From Cetorhinus maximus (lineage: Eukaryota): DNA of 64,000 nt. Each line of letters starts with the position of its first letter. The stretch's first letter is position 1. The notes under the pieces are model-generated. The model ran no database searches. It worked only from the letters and a program-made list of their open reading frames with translations, and had not been told where the DNA came from. The translations under genes and the position numbers were made by a program. Location: the NCBI RefSeq assembly GCF_964194155.1, contig NC_135898.1, positions 13,206,001 to 13,270,000 on the forward strand, in the 5' to 3' direction. Shown piece by piece: positions 1 to 13,571 of the stretch.

Positions 1-448
1 ATATTTCAGGTTGGTAACTTCTCATCAGAACAAGAAGTCTGAAATGTTACTTCTGTCTATTTCATCACGGATGTGGCCAGACCTGCCGAATATATTCAGC
101 ATTTTCTGTTTTTATTTCAGATTTCCAGAGACTGTAGTGCATGCTGGTTAACGAATCCTCCTGCTCCCCACTCTTCTCTACCCAAACCACCCACTTTACG
201 TATATGTTACAACGTCAAAGACAATAAGCTATGTGGACAATATCGTGCGATAATTTCACAACGCAGCTGTGCTCTACTCGGACCTAGCACATTTAAGTTA
301 CATTACATGGGTTACAAGTGTGGTAAAGAACCTAACAGGTTGTAGCAAGAGGGTATAGTAGAGGTGATGAAGAACAGAAGAACGTTTTCCCAGTAAGAAA
401 ACAGTAGGTCACTAAAGTTGTCTCTTAGGTTCCTCATTATTCTCTCAC

Positions 449-1949
449 CTTAATTTTTTTCTGTGTATTTCTTTCCAGGGCCTTTCTCCTCCACCTTTTT
501 TTCTTGCTGATGAGGGGGTTAGCGACTCCTCGTAGTGATCGGGGAACTGGCAGGATTAAAATAAAGTCACTTTAACGTTCTTACCACCGAAAGCAGACAA
601 CAAATTTAATTAAAATATTACTTTTCCAGCTTCATGAATGCAACAAGAGGCACAAACAGCTGCAGGTAGGAACTGATCTCGGATTTAGATTAATCGGCAC
701 CCTTTACTTCGTGATTGGCACTCTTGCCAGGTACGAAAGTCATGGTTTCAAGTTCCAGACCAGAGATTTCAGCATATAATCAAAATGACTCAGCAGTGCA
801 GTAATGAGCGAGTGCTACACTGTTACTGTCTTTGATAAGATGTTAAACCAAGACCCTCTCAGATGAACGTGAACAATTTCATGCCAGTATTCAGCGAACA
901 AATTTTCCATATCCCAGCTAATCTGTATTCCTCAACTGACATCACTAAAACTAATTAACTGGTCATTGATCTTATTTCTGTTTGTGGAACCTACAGCCAG
1001 TCCTTCAGCAAGAATGCATTCAACTTAAAAGAAGCTGACGTTTAAAAGCTAACAACCAAAGTTAACATGTGAAGTCTTGGCTCAACAAGAACAGGAGAAA
1101 TTGGTTTCTAAGTGACTGATACTCAGAGGAGTCGGAACATCAGTGATTTGAAGTGGGGGGGGGGGGGGGGTCGCAACAACGCTTTCAAATTAAAAGACGA
1201 CAACATTTGAAAGCCCAAAAGAAGGTCCTGCAAAAAAAAGGCCATTCGAAAGAGAACTGGACCTAAAAAGTAACTTGAAAAACAGGTATAAGCACGATAA
1301 CTGACTTCCTCGATGCGCTAGTTATAATCAACATATATTTTTATTTCTGTTGGACTGTTGGTAAGAACGTATCTTCTCATTTTCTGTTGGACTGTGGTAA
1401 AATTACAATGCCTGCAGGTTGAAAGACATGTCCACTGGGACAGGATGAGATATATACACAATGTTGCAGTCCTGGAGCAGAGTGCCGGAAAGGAATCCTG
1501 GACCAAGGGAGCTGCCTGGCAACAGCATTTTAATTGGCTCCTGACCAGGTGACCAGGGTTTTGTGTGACAGCAGTGCAGAAAGCGCCTAACCTGAAAGGA
1601 ACAAGACATAAAACCTCTTTCTCCTGTGTGTGGGCCAGTAATTCCACAGTAAAAAGCTCCTGGCTTGCAAAGGGAAAACATCTAAAAATCTCTCTCTCAT
1701 ATCTCTATAAAGTCTTTAATAACCCGTGTGAAAAGGAAAAGGGGGAAACACTTAGGGACATAGAAAAGCAAGTTCTCAACCAGTGAACTAAATACTGAAC
1801 GTGCTGGAAGACCACCTCATTTCATCAACGAGAACTGAAAGGAATTTGGAAGACATCGATCAAAATCAATCCATCGAATCCACTACCCCGGGTTGGTGCT
1901 TTTGAACTGTTTTATCCCACCCTTAAAATCCATGTTTTGTGTGTCGTGG

Positions 1950-1983
<34 letters not shown>

Positions 1984-4900
1984 GGATTTAAGAAGAGATA
2001 GAGTTTAAGTTATAGTGTTAGAAGTTAGCAACTTATATTTCTTTCTTTTGCCACTAGTTAAAGACAATTCATTCAATAGACAATTATTTAAGTTTACAAA
2101 CCTGGTACTTGTATTCGGTTAACCTAAATTAAACAGTTAGGCAGAATTGGTGCAATCTGGTGGTTTGATCAAACTTTTCACATTTCTTGTGGCTTGGAGA
2201 ACAGTGGGGCTTGATATTACAGCGCACCATCCCCAGTGAGTTGTGACAAAGTTTGGGGGATCGGGTTCGGGATATTTTGGAACAAAAGACAACAATGATT
2301 TGGGTGTAGATTTAGTAAGTAATAAAAGCCAAAAGGAAATTAGGTCTGAACTATCAAAACTAAGATGGCACTGGAAACTGCTAAAGCATTGCTACAGTGG
2401 AAGAGATGTCCCTGACGATTTTACAAAGGACCCCAAAAGCCAGGTTAATTGAATTGCAAGTAAATTATGAGCAGGATTTCCTGCTAAAGCTAGGAAGGCA
2501 GAGATAATCGAAGAGGTGGCACAGCATTTGAAACTGGAAGGAACACCCGAGAGACCAAGCCGGTTGGTTCATTGGAATGGGCTCAAATTCAGTTGCAAAT
2601 AAAAAAATTGGAACGAGAGGCAGAAGAAAAAGAAAAGGAAAAAGAGCATTTCAAAGGGTACAGGCAGAAAGGCAGGAGAGAGAAAGACAACAAGAAAGGG
2701 AATAAGAAATGGTGAGGTTAGAAAAGGAGGAAAGAAAAAGAGAGAAACTGAGAATTTTAGCTTAGTGAGTCATCAGTCAGTGAGGCAGGACTTATTTCCA
2801 GATCAGAATCCAGGGAAGTGTTTAATTTTGTACAGGCTCTTCCAAAATTTGGGGAAAGGGATGTTGAAGCATTCTTAATTTCATTTGAGAAGATAGCTAA
2901 ACAGGTGAACTGGCCAAAAGAAAACTGGATATTATCCATGCAGAGCAAATTGACACATTCCTCATAAATGCTAATCACACAAAGTGTCATTGAAGCGAAA
3001 TTGACTTCACCAATCTGATGATGCCAATTAACCAGAATCTTCCCCATTGAAACACCTTCATATGTTAATGGACGACCCAGGAGCTGAGATAGTTGCAGTA
3101 TATGAGAAGATAATCAAAAATGGGAGGGATGTGGCAATCATTGTCACAGGAGTGATTTTTGTACTTTTTAACAAGCGTGCATTTAGCAGCAGTAGCAGCA
3201 GCAACTTTTCAAGGTTTAACAGGGTGACTGCAGCTTCAAAGTTATGCCAGAGTTTGTAAGTATAGTACTGGTTTAACTTCAGGGCAGCAGGGTACTCATG
3301 TTTCTAAGTTCATCCATGTTACTATAGACTGTTAAAAAGAGCTGTAAGCCTTGACTATTTTCTCCACCAAGACGGGGTCAGGCTTAACCTGAGAGTTAAA
3401 AGTCTAAGAGAGGAGGTGCAGGTTCACCTACCTGCAAACCCTTCTTAACATAAATTGGTTGCTTCCCTATATTACAAGTGACTTCATTTTAAATACTACA
3501 TTGCCCCTGAAACACTTTGGGATGTCCTGAGGTTGCGAAAGGTGCTACATAAAGGCAAGGTCTTTATTCTGTGTTCATAAAAAATGCTTGCTCCTCAACC
3601 CAACGCGGACACCCATTTAGTCTCCTGAGGAAATGCTCCTGAACTCTTAAAACTAATCTGCACTCGCAGAACACCACTATTCAATCCAAGCCGGCAATAT
3701 TCTTCTTTCTCCAACAGCATAGGAACTTAGCACAAATCCTCCACCTTAGCTGCTAATAGGGTTTGCCTTCCTTCAATTCAGTTACTCTGAATCATCTTCT
3801 TACACTGAAATTGATTTGCCATTCCTGTGTCTATCCAACTGACTGGTCCAATTTGTCTCAACACTGTTGATTTTATATGACTCAGACATAATTCTAGATG
3901 AGTCACACTTCACCTTCCAAGTCAAATAGCTAAACAGATTTTTTTGCATTCTCTTCTGCCCCAACGTTTATGAAACAAAAAAACTGCCAACCTAACTTAT
4001 TACAACATAGGGTAGATAGAGTATGTTCCACCTGGCACATGCATTGCATGAGTAACTGTAGAATTACATTGCAGGTATCTACATTTTGATAGATTCGGTA
4101 AGGTACATCCGATGTGGAGTACTGATAAAATACTCAGAAAAGATACAGATTATCTCTGCTTGTTCTGACTTTCTTTTCCCCTGCATTTTGTCTCTTTTTA
4201 TTTTAAGTTCATCCTGACTTTATTTCTAAAGAGCATACTGAACTTGCTTTCTGTCCACAGATTTATTTTCACTCTCAGTTGTGCCTCTGCAGTCGCAATG
4301 TCCAGTCTCGTGCCAAGGCTGACATGGTACAAAATTAGACTTGGGGTGGTTGAGAATCATCTGCAAAGCAATCAAGAGTCATGACCTTGAGACTGAGCCG
4401 GCCATTGAAATGAGTGCAATAATCCCCAGGCTATTAAAGTGAGAGAATGGATGCTCTGGTCAATTAATAAGCTGTCTCCACACAAGTCGAGTGAAGTGGA
4501 TTTCATTAAGTAGATTATCTCAGAGTTTTCCAGGTTTAGACAAGTTTTAAACTGTGAGATGCTCATGCCCCCCAGGTCCATGCATCAAAGACCTGGGGAC
4601 CACTATGGCCAGGATTTAATAAATGAAAGAGAAAAAAAAATCACACACAGGGTCTGTGTAATTTGACAGTCTACGCTTCCAGCATGTGCTGGCAATGAAG
4701 GTGTAAAAAAAATTAACCCTTAAATATTCTCTTTACTGGTAGGCTGCACAGCTTCTGTGCCTTCATTTCAGTGCATATCACACGTAAATGGCATCTGTAC
4801 ACTCCAGCACAGATCACTCTGAACAGTTCTATATTCTGGAGTGACAATGTCTTCACTCCAGTGGAATCCACATACCACAGGACACTGCATGCCCATACAT

Positions 4901-7900
4901 ACACTGTAGGTCATTGCACATGTTACTCACTCAGGTAATCCGGTACGTTCTTCATATGCGGCTTCACAATAGCTGGGTGCAGAGGATTATCGTGTCGCAA
5001 CAAATGAAGGTCTCTGGGATTGTCCTCAAAATAGGTCTTCAAAAACAGAATACCCAGGTCATTGAAAAACACTACAAAAAACACAATTATTTTAATAAAC
5101 TAGCTTAACCCTCAACTTTACTTTTCCTGGAGCTTCTTCTCGATGTTATGCAGACTACTATTTCAGTTATTTCAGTGTTTCAGAGGTTGAAGAGAGCACC
5201 ACTGTTCCTCACCTTCAATTTCTCGGAGTTGAGCAGCTCCTGTTTGATTTCTTTGAGCCGAGCCTCTTTAATCGATTGTTTTGTAACTGAACGCATGGCA
5301 TCCTGCCAAGAGATGTAAATACATTAACACTAACAGCACGGGCAAATACAATATCCCTGAATCAAATCTCAACGTGAATGCCAGAACCTTCCTTCAAAGA
5401 ACAACTTATATTTACATTGTGCCTTTAACATAATAAAACATCCCAATGCGCTTCACAGCTTCAATTATCAAACAAAATTTAATGTTGAATCACAGAAGAG
5501 ATATTAGGGCACATGACCAAAAGTTTTACCAAAGAGTTAGGTTTTAAGGAGGAAAGAGGGGGAAAAGAGGTGGAAAGGTTTAGGGAGGGAATTTAGGGCC
5601 AAGACAGAGGCCAGAGGGCCAATGATGGAGTGATTAAAATCAGATGGTCAAGAGCAGTGTAGCGATCTCAGATGGTTACCAGGCAGCGGGACTTACAAAA
5701 GGGGGCAGAAAGGATGTGGAGGGATTTGAAAACAAAACTGAGGATTCTAAAATTGGGGCATTGCTTAAGAGCAGGGAAGTTCTCCCCATTGTCCTGGCTA
5801 ACGTTTATCCCTCCATCAACCCCAGTAAAACAAATTCTGGTTATTCTCACATTGTGGGATTTTTGTGCATGCAAATAGCTGTCACACTTTGTACACCAGA
5901 AGTGACTTAATTTCAGGAAGTACTTAATTGGCTCCCAAATGCTTTTGGACATCCAACAGTCTTGAAAGGCACAACAGAAATGCAAGCTTTTCTTTTTCCT
6001 CAGGTGGGATATGAATGAAATATTGCCCTTTTACCTCTAACAGCTCTACAGAAATTTCTGAAACTGGTCTCCAGCCTGTGGCATTGATTTTCAATGAGCC
6101 ACAGACTAACAATGGTATCTTGCCCTCACAATTTTCTGCAGGGATTATCACTGCCTCTCAGAACACAAGAGCAATACATACATTCCTCAGACTGCTTTGC
6201 AGTATCAGCTGCATTTTAATATTCGGAAGAGTACAGCTCTGAATTCATATGGTTTAAGTGCATAAATATTAAATATGAAAATCTTAAACCTGAGAGACTG
6301 GAAAAGGAACGTAACAGGAACCAGCAAGTTCCACACCCTCCGGGATCGCCATACCTTACACCGATAGCGGAAGCCCTCAATCTCCTCCATGCGGAACTGG
6401 TAGGGTTTCAAAGCACAGTCCAAATTATCTGTAGATGCAAAATATTGAACATAAAACAATGACTCAACATAAAACAATTACCAAACAGCTGCTGAAAGAT
6501 CACATCCATTGCGTTACTGGATAGTGAGAGAAACTTTTTTCCATGATGGAGGAGGAGGAGGAAACACAAGAGGAGATCGTGCCTGGGGCTAACAGTGGAA
6601 GGAGTGAGGATGGCGCATTCATGGTAGGACTTGTGCTGCAACCTTGTACACAATGTCTTATTTTTACCATCCAGGCAGTTGCGGCAAATAGGTTTTTAAT
6701 CCAGCAGGATAAATAGTAGGTGCCACATCCCCTCCCAATCCATTATTTCCAGTAACTGGCACAGGCTGACCAGAGAGATGCTGTACATTTCACAGGAACA
6801 TGTGCAGAGCTTGGTATGGCCTGAAAACGGCTAAAATGTGACTCGTCGCTCAACCACTTTCATGCACAGAAAATGGAAATGAGGAATGTACTTTTAGTTC
6901 TGACATGACTCAAACACTGCATTTTCTACACCTTCATGGCATGCGAACATCAGTGGCGAGGTCAACATTCGTTGCTCAACCCTAAATGCCCTTGAGTGAG
7001 CCTCCTTCTTGAGTCGCTGCAGTCCCTGTGGTGTAGATATACCCACAGTGCTGTTAGAAAGGAGTTCCAGGATTTTGACCCAACTACAGTGAAGCAAAGG
7101 CAGTGTGGTTCCAAGTCAGGACGGTGTGTGGTTTAGAGGGGAACTTGCAGGTATACTGTTAGCGAGGAACATTTGGCAGGGTCAAGGTGAGAAAGCACTG
7201 AATGCACTTCACACTTCTCCCCACTGTAACTAAGATTTCACTTCTGATCATCCCTTTCATCTATCAAGCTGTGCCTTTGTCATTTCCAGGCCTTGGTCAA
7301 TGCCAGGTTGTCCGTTGGTTTTTATTCTTAATCAACTTTTCTGAACAGTTTGAAACAACTGGGTGGCTCGCTGGGTCATTTCAATCACATTGCTGTGGAT
7401 CTGGTGTCACATGTAGGCCAGACAGGCTAAGGACAGCAGACTTTCTTCCCTGAAGGACATGAGTGGACCAAATGAATTTATATGACAATCCAGTCATTTC
7501 ATGGTCACCATTACTAACACTAAATTTTTATCCCAGGTTTTTTTTTTAAATCAATTTAATTTAAATTCCATGAGCTGCCTTGGTTGGAATTGACCTTCTG
7601 TCTCTGCAGCATTAGTCCAGGCCCCTGAATTACTTGTCCAGTAAAATGGCCACTATGTTAGGGTTCCCATGAACGTGACGTCATTCCCCTTTGCATAAGG
7701 ATTCAATACCACTGGAGATGCAAAATGGCTCTCAAGTGGAGGTGCCAGGGAAAGAGAGAGAAAGAGAGCGAGAGAGTGAGTGAGATAGAGAACGAGAACT
7801 GACAGTTCTACCCTCGATGAAGATGTGGTTTCTGATCAGTCCTTTCACCTAGATATCAGAGGCCTTGAGTGACAAAGCCATGCACAGGGAACTCCAAACA

Positions 7901-10900
7901 CAGACGCCTTTCTGTTTCACAAACTATGACCAAACAGCGCGCACAGCATTTCAGACAGCAACATGGAGCAAAAAAGATACATGGTTCCTGTACAAACCTC
8001 CAGTTAATGCTTCCTCTACATTTTGTAGCAGTGGCAATTCCGTATGAGACACCAACGTTAACGCCGTACCCTGGTTATCTGCACGGGCTGTCCTGAGAGA
8101 GCAAATGGAAATGAAAATTAGCGTTTTGAGATATAGCTCATTATCAATCTCAGTACTTATAAAAAAAACAAAACCAGACGGATGGATACTCCCTTGTAGG
8201 ATTGAAGCATCCAGGTGATCCATGTCACTGAGATCTGTTAGTTCACAAGGTGATACTAGTAAAGAGGGGACAAAACAAGAGACTGACAGAAAATGGGAAA
8301 GATGCCTGATGTAGAAGTGCACATTACACCTCACCTGCCAACACGATGTATGTACGACTCCACTGTGAGTGGGAAGTCAAAGTTAATGACATTCGACACA
8401 TTCTGAAAATCTACCCCTCGGGAGACCCCATATTCATGATCCTTCACTCTGAAACAAGAGGAGAGAGACCTGTTAACAATGCAGATGAATAAACACTCTA
8501 ACCAAGAAGACATACCGAATGAACCACTTCCTCGGAAAAGAACCTGAGGGGCTTTTATATATGGAGCAGTGGGCCACAGAATGCAATGCCAATCACTTCC
8601 TTCCCTCAGGTATAGAGTATGATGGCCTTGTTCCAGGATGAGGTGGGGGCCAGCCAGGTTTTATATGTTGGTGTTAGAGGCAAAGTAAAGTTAACCCAAG
8701 GGCCTGACATTTGACATGCCGCAATTAGCTGCAATTTAGACCTAGACATGCCCAAAAGATGAACAAACTCATGCAATCAGCAGACTCCAAGCTCAAAGAG
8801 AGGAGAAGCCGGTTAGAGAGCCTCAAACTCCTACCAAGTTGGAGTAACAAAGCCAGCAGAAATCCAGGGTTTTAAAAACAATTTCAGGTCATTTGGAAGT
8901 TGTAATCCTTCATTTAAAAACATCAGATCTCTTAACTATTATAATATTAAGAATACTTACTTTGCTCCTTTACTGTGTTTCTTTTTGTTTTTTCCCTGCT
9001 CTGTACTGGTCGCATCCGTCAGAACATGTTCATCTGTGGCAATTATGTAATCATAGAAACCTTGATTGAACTGACCAATGATATGGCACCTGATGGAGAG
9101 AGACAATAAATCAGGCACACGACCAAGGCAAAATACTCCCCCAGCTCCAATGCTCTCCACATCATACCACAGCCACAGCTACAGCTACACCTCTTACTAT
9201 GGAGGCCATTGCAATCCCTCCTCCTCCCCATATACTTAGTAAATTCTTGCCCATGGCATGCTACACCTTGCAAATATATATCCTGGAATTCAGCTCATCA
9301 GATCAGAAGGCATAGGTGGAGGCAGATTCGTCTCTCTTTTCACATTTCACAAGTGCTTGGTGTGTGTGAGTCTTTTTACCCATGCTGAGACTTTTTTTTT
9401 GGTGTACTCTGGTAGGGACACGTGAGCATGGAGGATCAGGGGGTGCACACACACACACAAAATCAAAGAAAACAGCGACACATTTATTCAAGAGACGCCC
9501 TACCTGGAGTGCACTGGTAACTCCGAGTTTAGGACACATGACAAAATGCTGAACTGCTCCAAGAATAGTTTCAACCGGTAGCACCTATCAATGGAATTGA
9601 CAAAAATGATGGTCTTGCCACGAACAAGGGAGAGTTTGAGTAATGTGTAAATCAGCAGGAACTTCTCCTCCTCCTCACATTTAATTTGGTACTGGGTCAG
9701 TTGGGAGTTGTCTGGAAGCTGAGACTCCTGCAGCTTCAGAATCACCTATATGGGTAAAAGATATCAGGTAACAGTGAGATACAAATGAGGGCACACACCA
9801 CAATCTGCCTGTCTGTCAATGACATACTCCAGAACGAAGCATTTTTATCTAGCTTTAGCTTAGTAATGTTTCTCTTGCTGCATTCACAATGAGTTAAAAA
9901 CCAGCTGCATTCAGAACACAGAGCTTAACTCCTCATGGAGAGACTGTATTTCCAAAACGTGAATATTGAGGCACATTGCAAAATCCACCCAACAGAAGAA
10001 GAACTTGTATTTATGCAGCATCTTCTGTATCTTTTGGACACACCGCACTGTCTCGCAGTAAATGAATGACTTCCTTAAATGTAATCACCCTTCTTTAAGT
10101 GAACTTGGCAGCCAAGGCAGTTTGAGATTCAAGACTTGCTTACTGTTTCAGGGTCATGTTGGTTGAGGGAGGAGTGTTGGACAAGACACCAGGAGAACGC
10201 TGCCTGTTTGTCTTTGAATAAGTGAAATTGGGACTTTTCAAGTACGTTCCAACAGACGGATGAGGTCTCAGATTAATGTCTCATCTGAAGCTTTGAGCAC
10301 TCTGTTTGGTCCCATGCTGAAGCCCCCAGAATACACACTCAGGTTCTAGAATGGGGGTGGAACCATCAATTTAATGATTCAAAGGCAAGGGAGCTACCTC
10401 TAAGCCGAAACTGACATTGGGTTTCTCACATATGATTCTAGAAAAGCCATCTTACCGGATTGTGAAGCACCAGTTCCTTCAGGGCCTGAACATCCTCATT
10501 AAACGTGGCTGACATCAAGAACGCTTGATAAATCTTCGGAAGATGCCTGCAAGCAGACAGAATAAGCCCGTTAGACATTCACTCCATGTTCCACAAGAGT
10601 GACCCCAAGTGGCCTCAATGTTACAAACACTCTTACAGTAATAATTATCTGCAGAATGCAACAAAGAGGTCAGGTAGTGAGCTCCTTTGAGAAATTTACA
10701 CATTCAGCAGACAAATTTTGACTCCAGTCGACACTGGGACTAAGACATTTCAGATCAGTAAGTTTGCAGGAAGTTGCACGCCTCTCACTGCAAATGCACC
10801 GATTCACACAGGTTGCACAAGGGAGCAGCGCTCCTGGCAAAAGTGCTGCCACTGAACATATTTAGCACACTGATGTTAAATAAACTGTCAGAAGAAAGCA

Positions 10901-13276
10901 AGGGCCACAGCGGCCTTCAACACTGTGTGACATGCTTCCTGTACACTGCTCCAAAATCAGCACTTACAATTGTTCCAACTGGCCTGCAACCAGCAGTTCC
11001 TGAAGAAATGCCCTCTTTGGACAACAGCCCATGCTTCGATGCGACAAATGCCATAACTGAGTGGTACACACAATTCTACTGCCGCTCATCTGTGGGACAG
11101 TCTCCGCCACCCAGACGAAGGTCAAACATAAGTTGCTCGACTGGAGGCAAATTTCAAGTCAAAAATCTAATTTGATATTAACAGCTCTTCAATAAAATAC
11201 AAAAGCAGGTGGGAAGCCAACCATAAAATAGAATCGCAGAATGATGAAAGCACTTAAGGAGGCCATTCATCCCATCATGTCCAGGCCAGCTCTCTGCAAG
11301 AGCAACTCAGTTAATGCCACTCACCGACCTTTTCCCTATACCCCTCCAAATCTTTTCTCTTCAGATAATTATCCAACTCTGAAAGCCACAGTTGTATTTA
11401 CCTCCTTCACACACGCAGGCAGTGCAGTCCAGATCCTAGTCGTGTAAAAAATTTTCCTCATGTTCTTTTGCCATTCACCTTAAGTCGATGTCCTCTGCTT
11501 ATCAACCCTTCGGCCAACAGGAGCAGTTTCTCCCTCTCTACTGTGTCCAGTTCCCTCATGATTTTGAACAGAGTTTGACAAAAGCGACTTACCCAAGCAA
11601 GTTCTTCAGATCATTTTCAAACCCAAAGGAGAAGAGCAGATCAGCCTCATCAATCACGAGCATCTCCAGTGACGTGCACAGGTTCAGGGTGTGCTGTTCC
11701 AAATGCAGCAGAATACGTGAAGGTGTTCCAATTACAATGTCAGGCTTTTCCATCAATATGGGCCTGAAACAGAGTATCAATACTCTAAGAAGGTGAACGC
11801 AATGAGATATAAAAGACAACAGTAGCCCAAGATCATGCCCTCTTATTTCATACCTCTGTGCAGATATATCCGCTTGTCCTGAGACATCAGCCACTCGAAC
11901 ATCCCGCACACAACAAGCAGCGAGTTGTCGGATCATCTGCTGTACTTGCTGGCCCAGCTCTTTAGTGGGAACCAGCACAAGGGCTCGCACTGCCTGCTCA
12001 CAGGTTGACTACGGAGAAACAAAATGTTTTTTTAAAAAATATATAGCTTCGTCACCGGCATCACGTGTTATCCACTCTGCTGCCAGTCAGCAGCAGAAAT
12101 GGGCAAATTCCAAACTCACAAAAGCGAACACACTCAGTTATACCTCCATCAACCATGCACTGCTGAGGATGAGGAATTCATGTTGCAGAGGGTGAATAAA
12201 CGTAGATGCAAACTCCATCATCTGCTATACAAGGGAAGCATTGACAAATGTTCTGGCAATCTCCAAGGCAACTATTTGCTGATCTCAGTCAGCTGCTAAG
12301 ATGAGGCTCAGCAATTTCCAAGATGGGAAAGAGGGAATCAAAAAAATAATCTTGGTCTCAAGTGCAGTCTGCAGTTGCGTTCCCTCACCCCACTAATCTG
12401 ACCGCAGTGCCTGCAGACATTATATGGAACCCACCCAAATACTGACCCCATTAAACTCGTCATGTTAGTCGATCTTTGGACATTAAAAATCAAAGACAAA
12501 TAAAATCAATGCATGAGTTTAATTACCTTTTTGGTGTTCAGAAGATGTTCAATGATGGGGATAGCATATGCCGCAGTTTTTCCTGATCCTGTACGCGCTC
12601 TGGCCAGGAGATCCTTTCCCTCTAATGCCAAGGGAATGGCTTTTTCTTGGATCAAAGTTGGCTTGGCCCAGTTGAGGTTCGCAATTGCCTGAAGAATGTG
12701 GAACATACAGCTGCTTTGTCAGTCAAAATTTTAAGCAACCTGCATGTCCTGACCTTCACAGCCCACCTCTACCCCACACCCACTTCTACCACACACTCGC
12801 CCACTCTTCACTCCCCAGCTGGACTTTGCACATGAATCTGTCGGAGTCTGTCCCATCCAATTTTCTGTCACTACACAAAACGAGCCACATTCACAGTGCT
12901 GATGGTTAAGAGTACCTCACTGTAATATATGATGTCGTAAGGTCTCTACAGTGATGGGTCATGCTAAGCAACTGCAGTTGGATTTCCACCAGCTGTGTCC
13001 TCAGCGTTCATGACCCAGAATGACTGACCTCTCCTCATCCCCACACCCCCAGCCCTCAGACCAGGCTGGCCCACCCCTCAGACCCTCCATTCCTGTCCCT
13101 CGACCTCACTGCTGCATTCCCAACCAGCCGCCCCCGGGCTCTGTCACACTCTCTCCTTCGCTGGCTTTTCACGTTTTGTCTCTCCAACCCGTAACTCACT
13201 CCCCCCCCCCTCTCTCTACCTGTAACAGTCTCTCCTCCAGGCCCATCTCGTGGAAGCCCAGCTTCTCCGCCGCCAT
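449..13276 (-). CDS. DDX56: DEAD-box RNA helicase DDX56 (nucleolar, 60S biogenesis), spliced; last coding exon probably outside the window
   Basis: Exons in transcription order: 13220-13276, 12527-12688, 11854-12008, 11593-11763, 10456-10546, 9504-9745, 8961-9089, 8335-8448, 7998-8092, 6355-6428, 5213-5302, 4931-5036, 449-546. All have GT-AG boundaries and consistent phases. Translation: [57 protein letters not shown]...VPTKEL...GTPSR...IDEAD...SAT...SRGVDF...YIHRVGRTARA...[10 protein letters not shown]...HPAIVKPH. This closely matches human DDX56 as recalled. Confidence 0.96.
715..992 (+). mobile_element. DeuSINE (SacSINE1-like), 5' part; 3' tail resumes at ~3450-3570
   Basis: Deu-domain-like text gatgttaaaccaagaccctctcagatgaacgt...catcactaaaact...ctggtcatt...ctgtttgtgg. 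Tail aaattggttgc...ctttgggatgtcctgaggttgcgaaaggtgctacataaa at 3450-3570. Confidence 0.65.
1000..2955 (+). mobile_element. Degraded Gypsy/Ty3 LTR retrotransposon (LTR, PBS-like site, gag fragment) in DDX56 intron 12
   Basis: LTR-like end tgtgaca at ~2242-2248, followed by tgggggatcgggttcgggat (resembles tRNA-Pro PBS TGGGGGCTCGTCCGGGAT). Coiled-coil gag text, then [34 protein letters not shown] at 2821-2950. Confidence 0.7.
1952..1981. repeat. (TG)n microsatellite
   Basis: ~15 TG units. Confidence 0.95.
5390..5770 (-). mobile_element. L2 LINE 3' fragment, followed by a DeuSINE-like piece at ~5770-6000 (+)
   Basis: Shares aacttatatttacattgtgccttta...attagggcacatgaccaaaag...ggttttaagg with copies at 19480-19790 and 37465-37990, and in opposite orientation with 47215-47570. 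Confidence 0.55.
10000..10410 (-). mobile_element. DeuSINE-like SINE
   Basis: Reverse complement of the Deu-like core (ggtctcagattaatgtctcatctgaa; gttggttgagggagg...ggacaagacaccaggagaac) and tail aacttgtatttatgcagca. Confidence 0.55.
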
Positions 13277-13400
13277 CTTGATCCCGGATCAGGTCACGTG
13301 GGACCTCATGGCGCTCGCTGCTGCCGCTCTGTGGCGGCGCCCTCTCACTGCGGCGGCGGCGGAGCGCAGCAGGGGAGGTGACAGCTCCTGCATCCGCGGC
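13200..13400 (-). promoter_or_regulatory. GC/CpG-rich promoter and first-exon region of DDX56 with E-box and YY1-like motif
   Basis: CACGTG at 13295-13300; CCGCCATCTT at 13270-13279 overlapping the ATG; locally high CpG density. Confidence 0.6.
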
Positions 13401-13571
13401 TGAAACAGGCTCTGATCATTTACCATCCACACAAAGCCAGACAATACTTAAAATCAGACCTCAGCTCCTGGAAACAAGCAGCAGCTTTACCTTTCAGCTG
13501 AATAGCCTTGAAGTTAGGACAGTTTTCCTGAGAGCAAAGAATAGAGAAAAGAAGGCTGAGAGGAGATTTGA

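Noticed and set aside
2955-3450. Short ORFs (2757-3047, 3047-3259) as a separate gene
   Set aside because: No recognisable motif or splice support; they lie inside a TE nest.
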